A stretch of 63,873 nucleotides of DNA, counting the filler, from Octopus bimaculoides (lineage: Eukaryota): assembly GCF_001194135.2 (NCBI RefSeq). It is 6 parts of 6 records of this genome, joined end to end, with 100 filler letters (N's around TTAATTAATTAA, not from the genome) between each part and the next. Parts side by side here need not be neighbours in the genome. Positions count along the whole stretch, not along the records: positions 61,488 to 63,873 come from NW_026369463.1; 5 more parts are not named here. One strand, given 5' to 3'. The notes under the pieces are model-generated. The model searched no databases, was not told where the DNA came from, and saw only the letters and a program-made list of their open reading frames with translations. The first letter of the stretch is position 1; every line of letters begins with the position of its first letter. The position numbers and the translations under genes are program-made. Shown here one piece after another: positions 63,291 to 63,873 of the stretch.

Positions 63291-63873
63291 GGCGTATCTT
63301 ACCGTATGGCAAGCAGATAGAGACAAACCTTGTCAGAGTAATCCGTTCCACATTTCACTTCTATAATGAAAGTAATCGTCCCAAAACAATAATTAAATGT
63401 ATGTATGTATGTATGTATGTATGTATGTATGTATGTATGTATGCATATACGTATATGACTACAAAGTATATTAAACTGGTTTTGGTAACACAGTACTGAC
63501 TTATAAAAACGTTTAATATATTATATAGTATATTATTTTTTTTTAAATTATATTTTAATCAAGCTTAAACGATAGAGCTCAATTCGAGAAATTTCAAGAT
63601 ATTAATTTCATACAATGAAGTTTTAAAAGAAAAAAGTTTGCTTTTCATGTTTGCTTTTTCATATTTGAGGATGTCTCAAATCCCATTAATATTTTTATTT
63701 GACTTTTGTTTTTAATAAACATTATATTTGACGAAAAAAAAAAATAACACTTTTGATCAAACAATCATCAATTTAAAAAAGGAATTTAAATTTTAATAAA
63801 ATTTATATTCATACATTTTTACATTAATTTACATAGGCGCAGGAGTGGCTGTGTGGTAAGTAGCTTGCTTACC

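Overview
This is AT-rich, repeat-saturated animal genomic DNA, not prokaryotic, and it contains no CRISPR arrays or operons. The SINE/LINE families and dense microsatellites resemble those I recall from Octopus (inference). Five identical 100-bp spacers (N44-TTAATTAATTAA-N44) split the window into six joined segments: A 1-21513, B 21614-37643, C 37744-48728, D 48829-53129, E 53230-61387, F 61488-63873. Adjacency across those joins may not be biological. Host-gene content: (i) five frame-consistent minus-strand exons of a classical protein tyrosine phosphatase domain in A, with the WPD loop replaced by WEM; (ii) two plus-strand ankyrin-repeat exons of a TRPA1-like channel in D; (iii) weaker orphan exon candidates in B, C and E. 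The rest is SINEs, fragments of Tx1/L1-, R4/Dong-, CR1- and Penelope-like retroelements, hAT and mariner fossils, MITEs, minisatellites and microsatellites. The best novelty candidates are two retro-derived structures. One is a 1.55-kb TSD-flanked retroelement encoding only a Gag-like ORF1 with no ORF2 (HAL1-like), nested in a Helentron-like element. The other is a 5S rRNA copy fused to a SINE-type 3' tail and split by a second SINE with a 12-bp TSD. Long intronic fold-backs in the PTP pre-mRNA are also notable. All calls are by eye; no database search was run.
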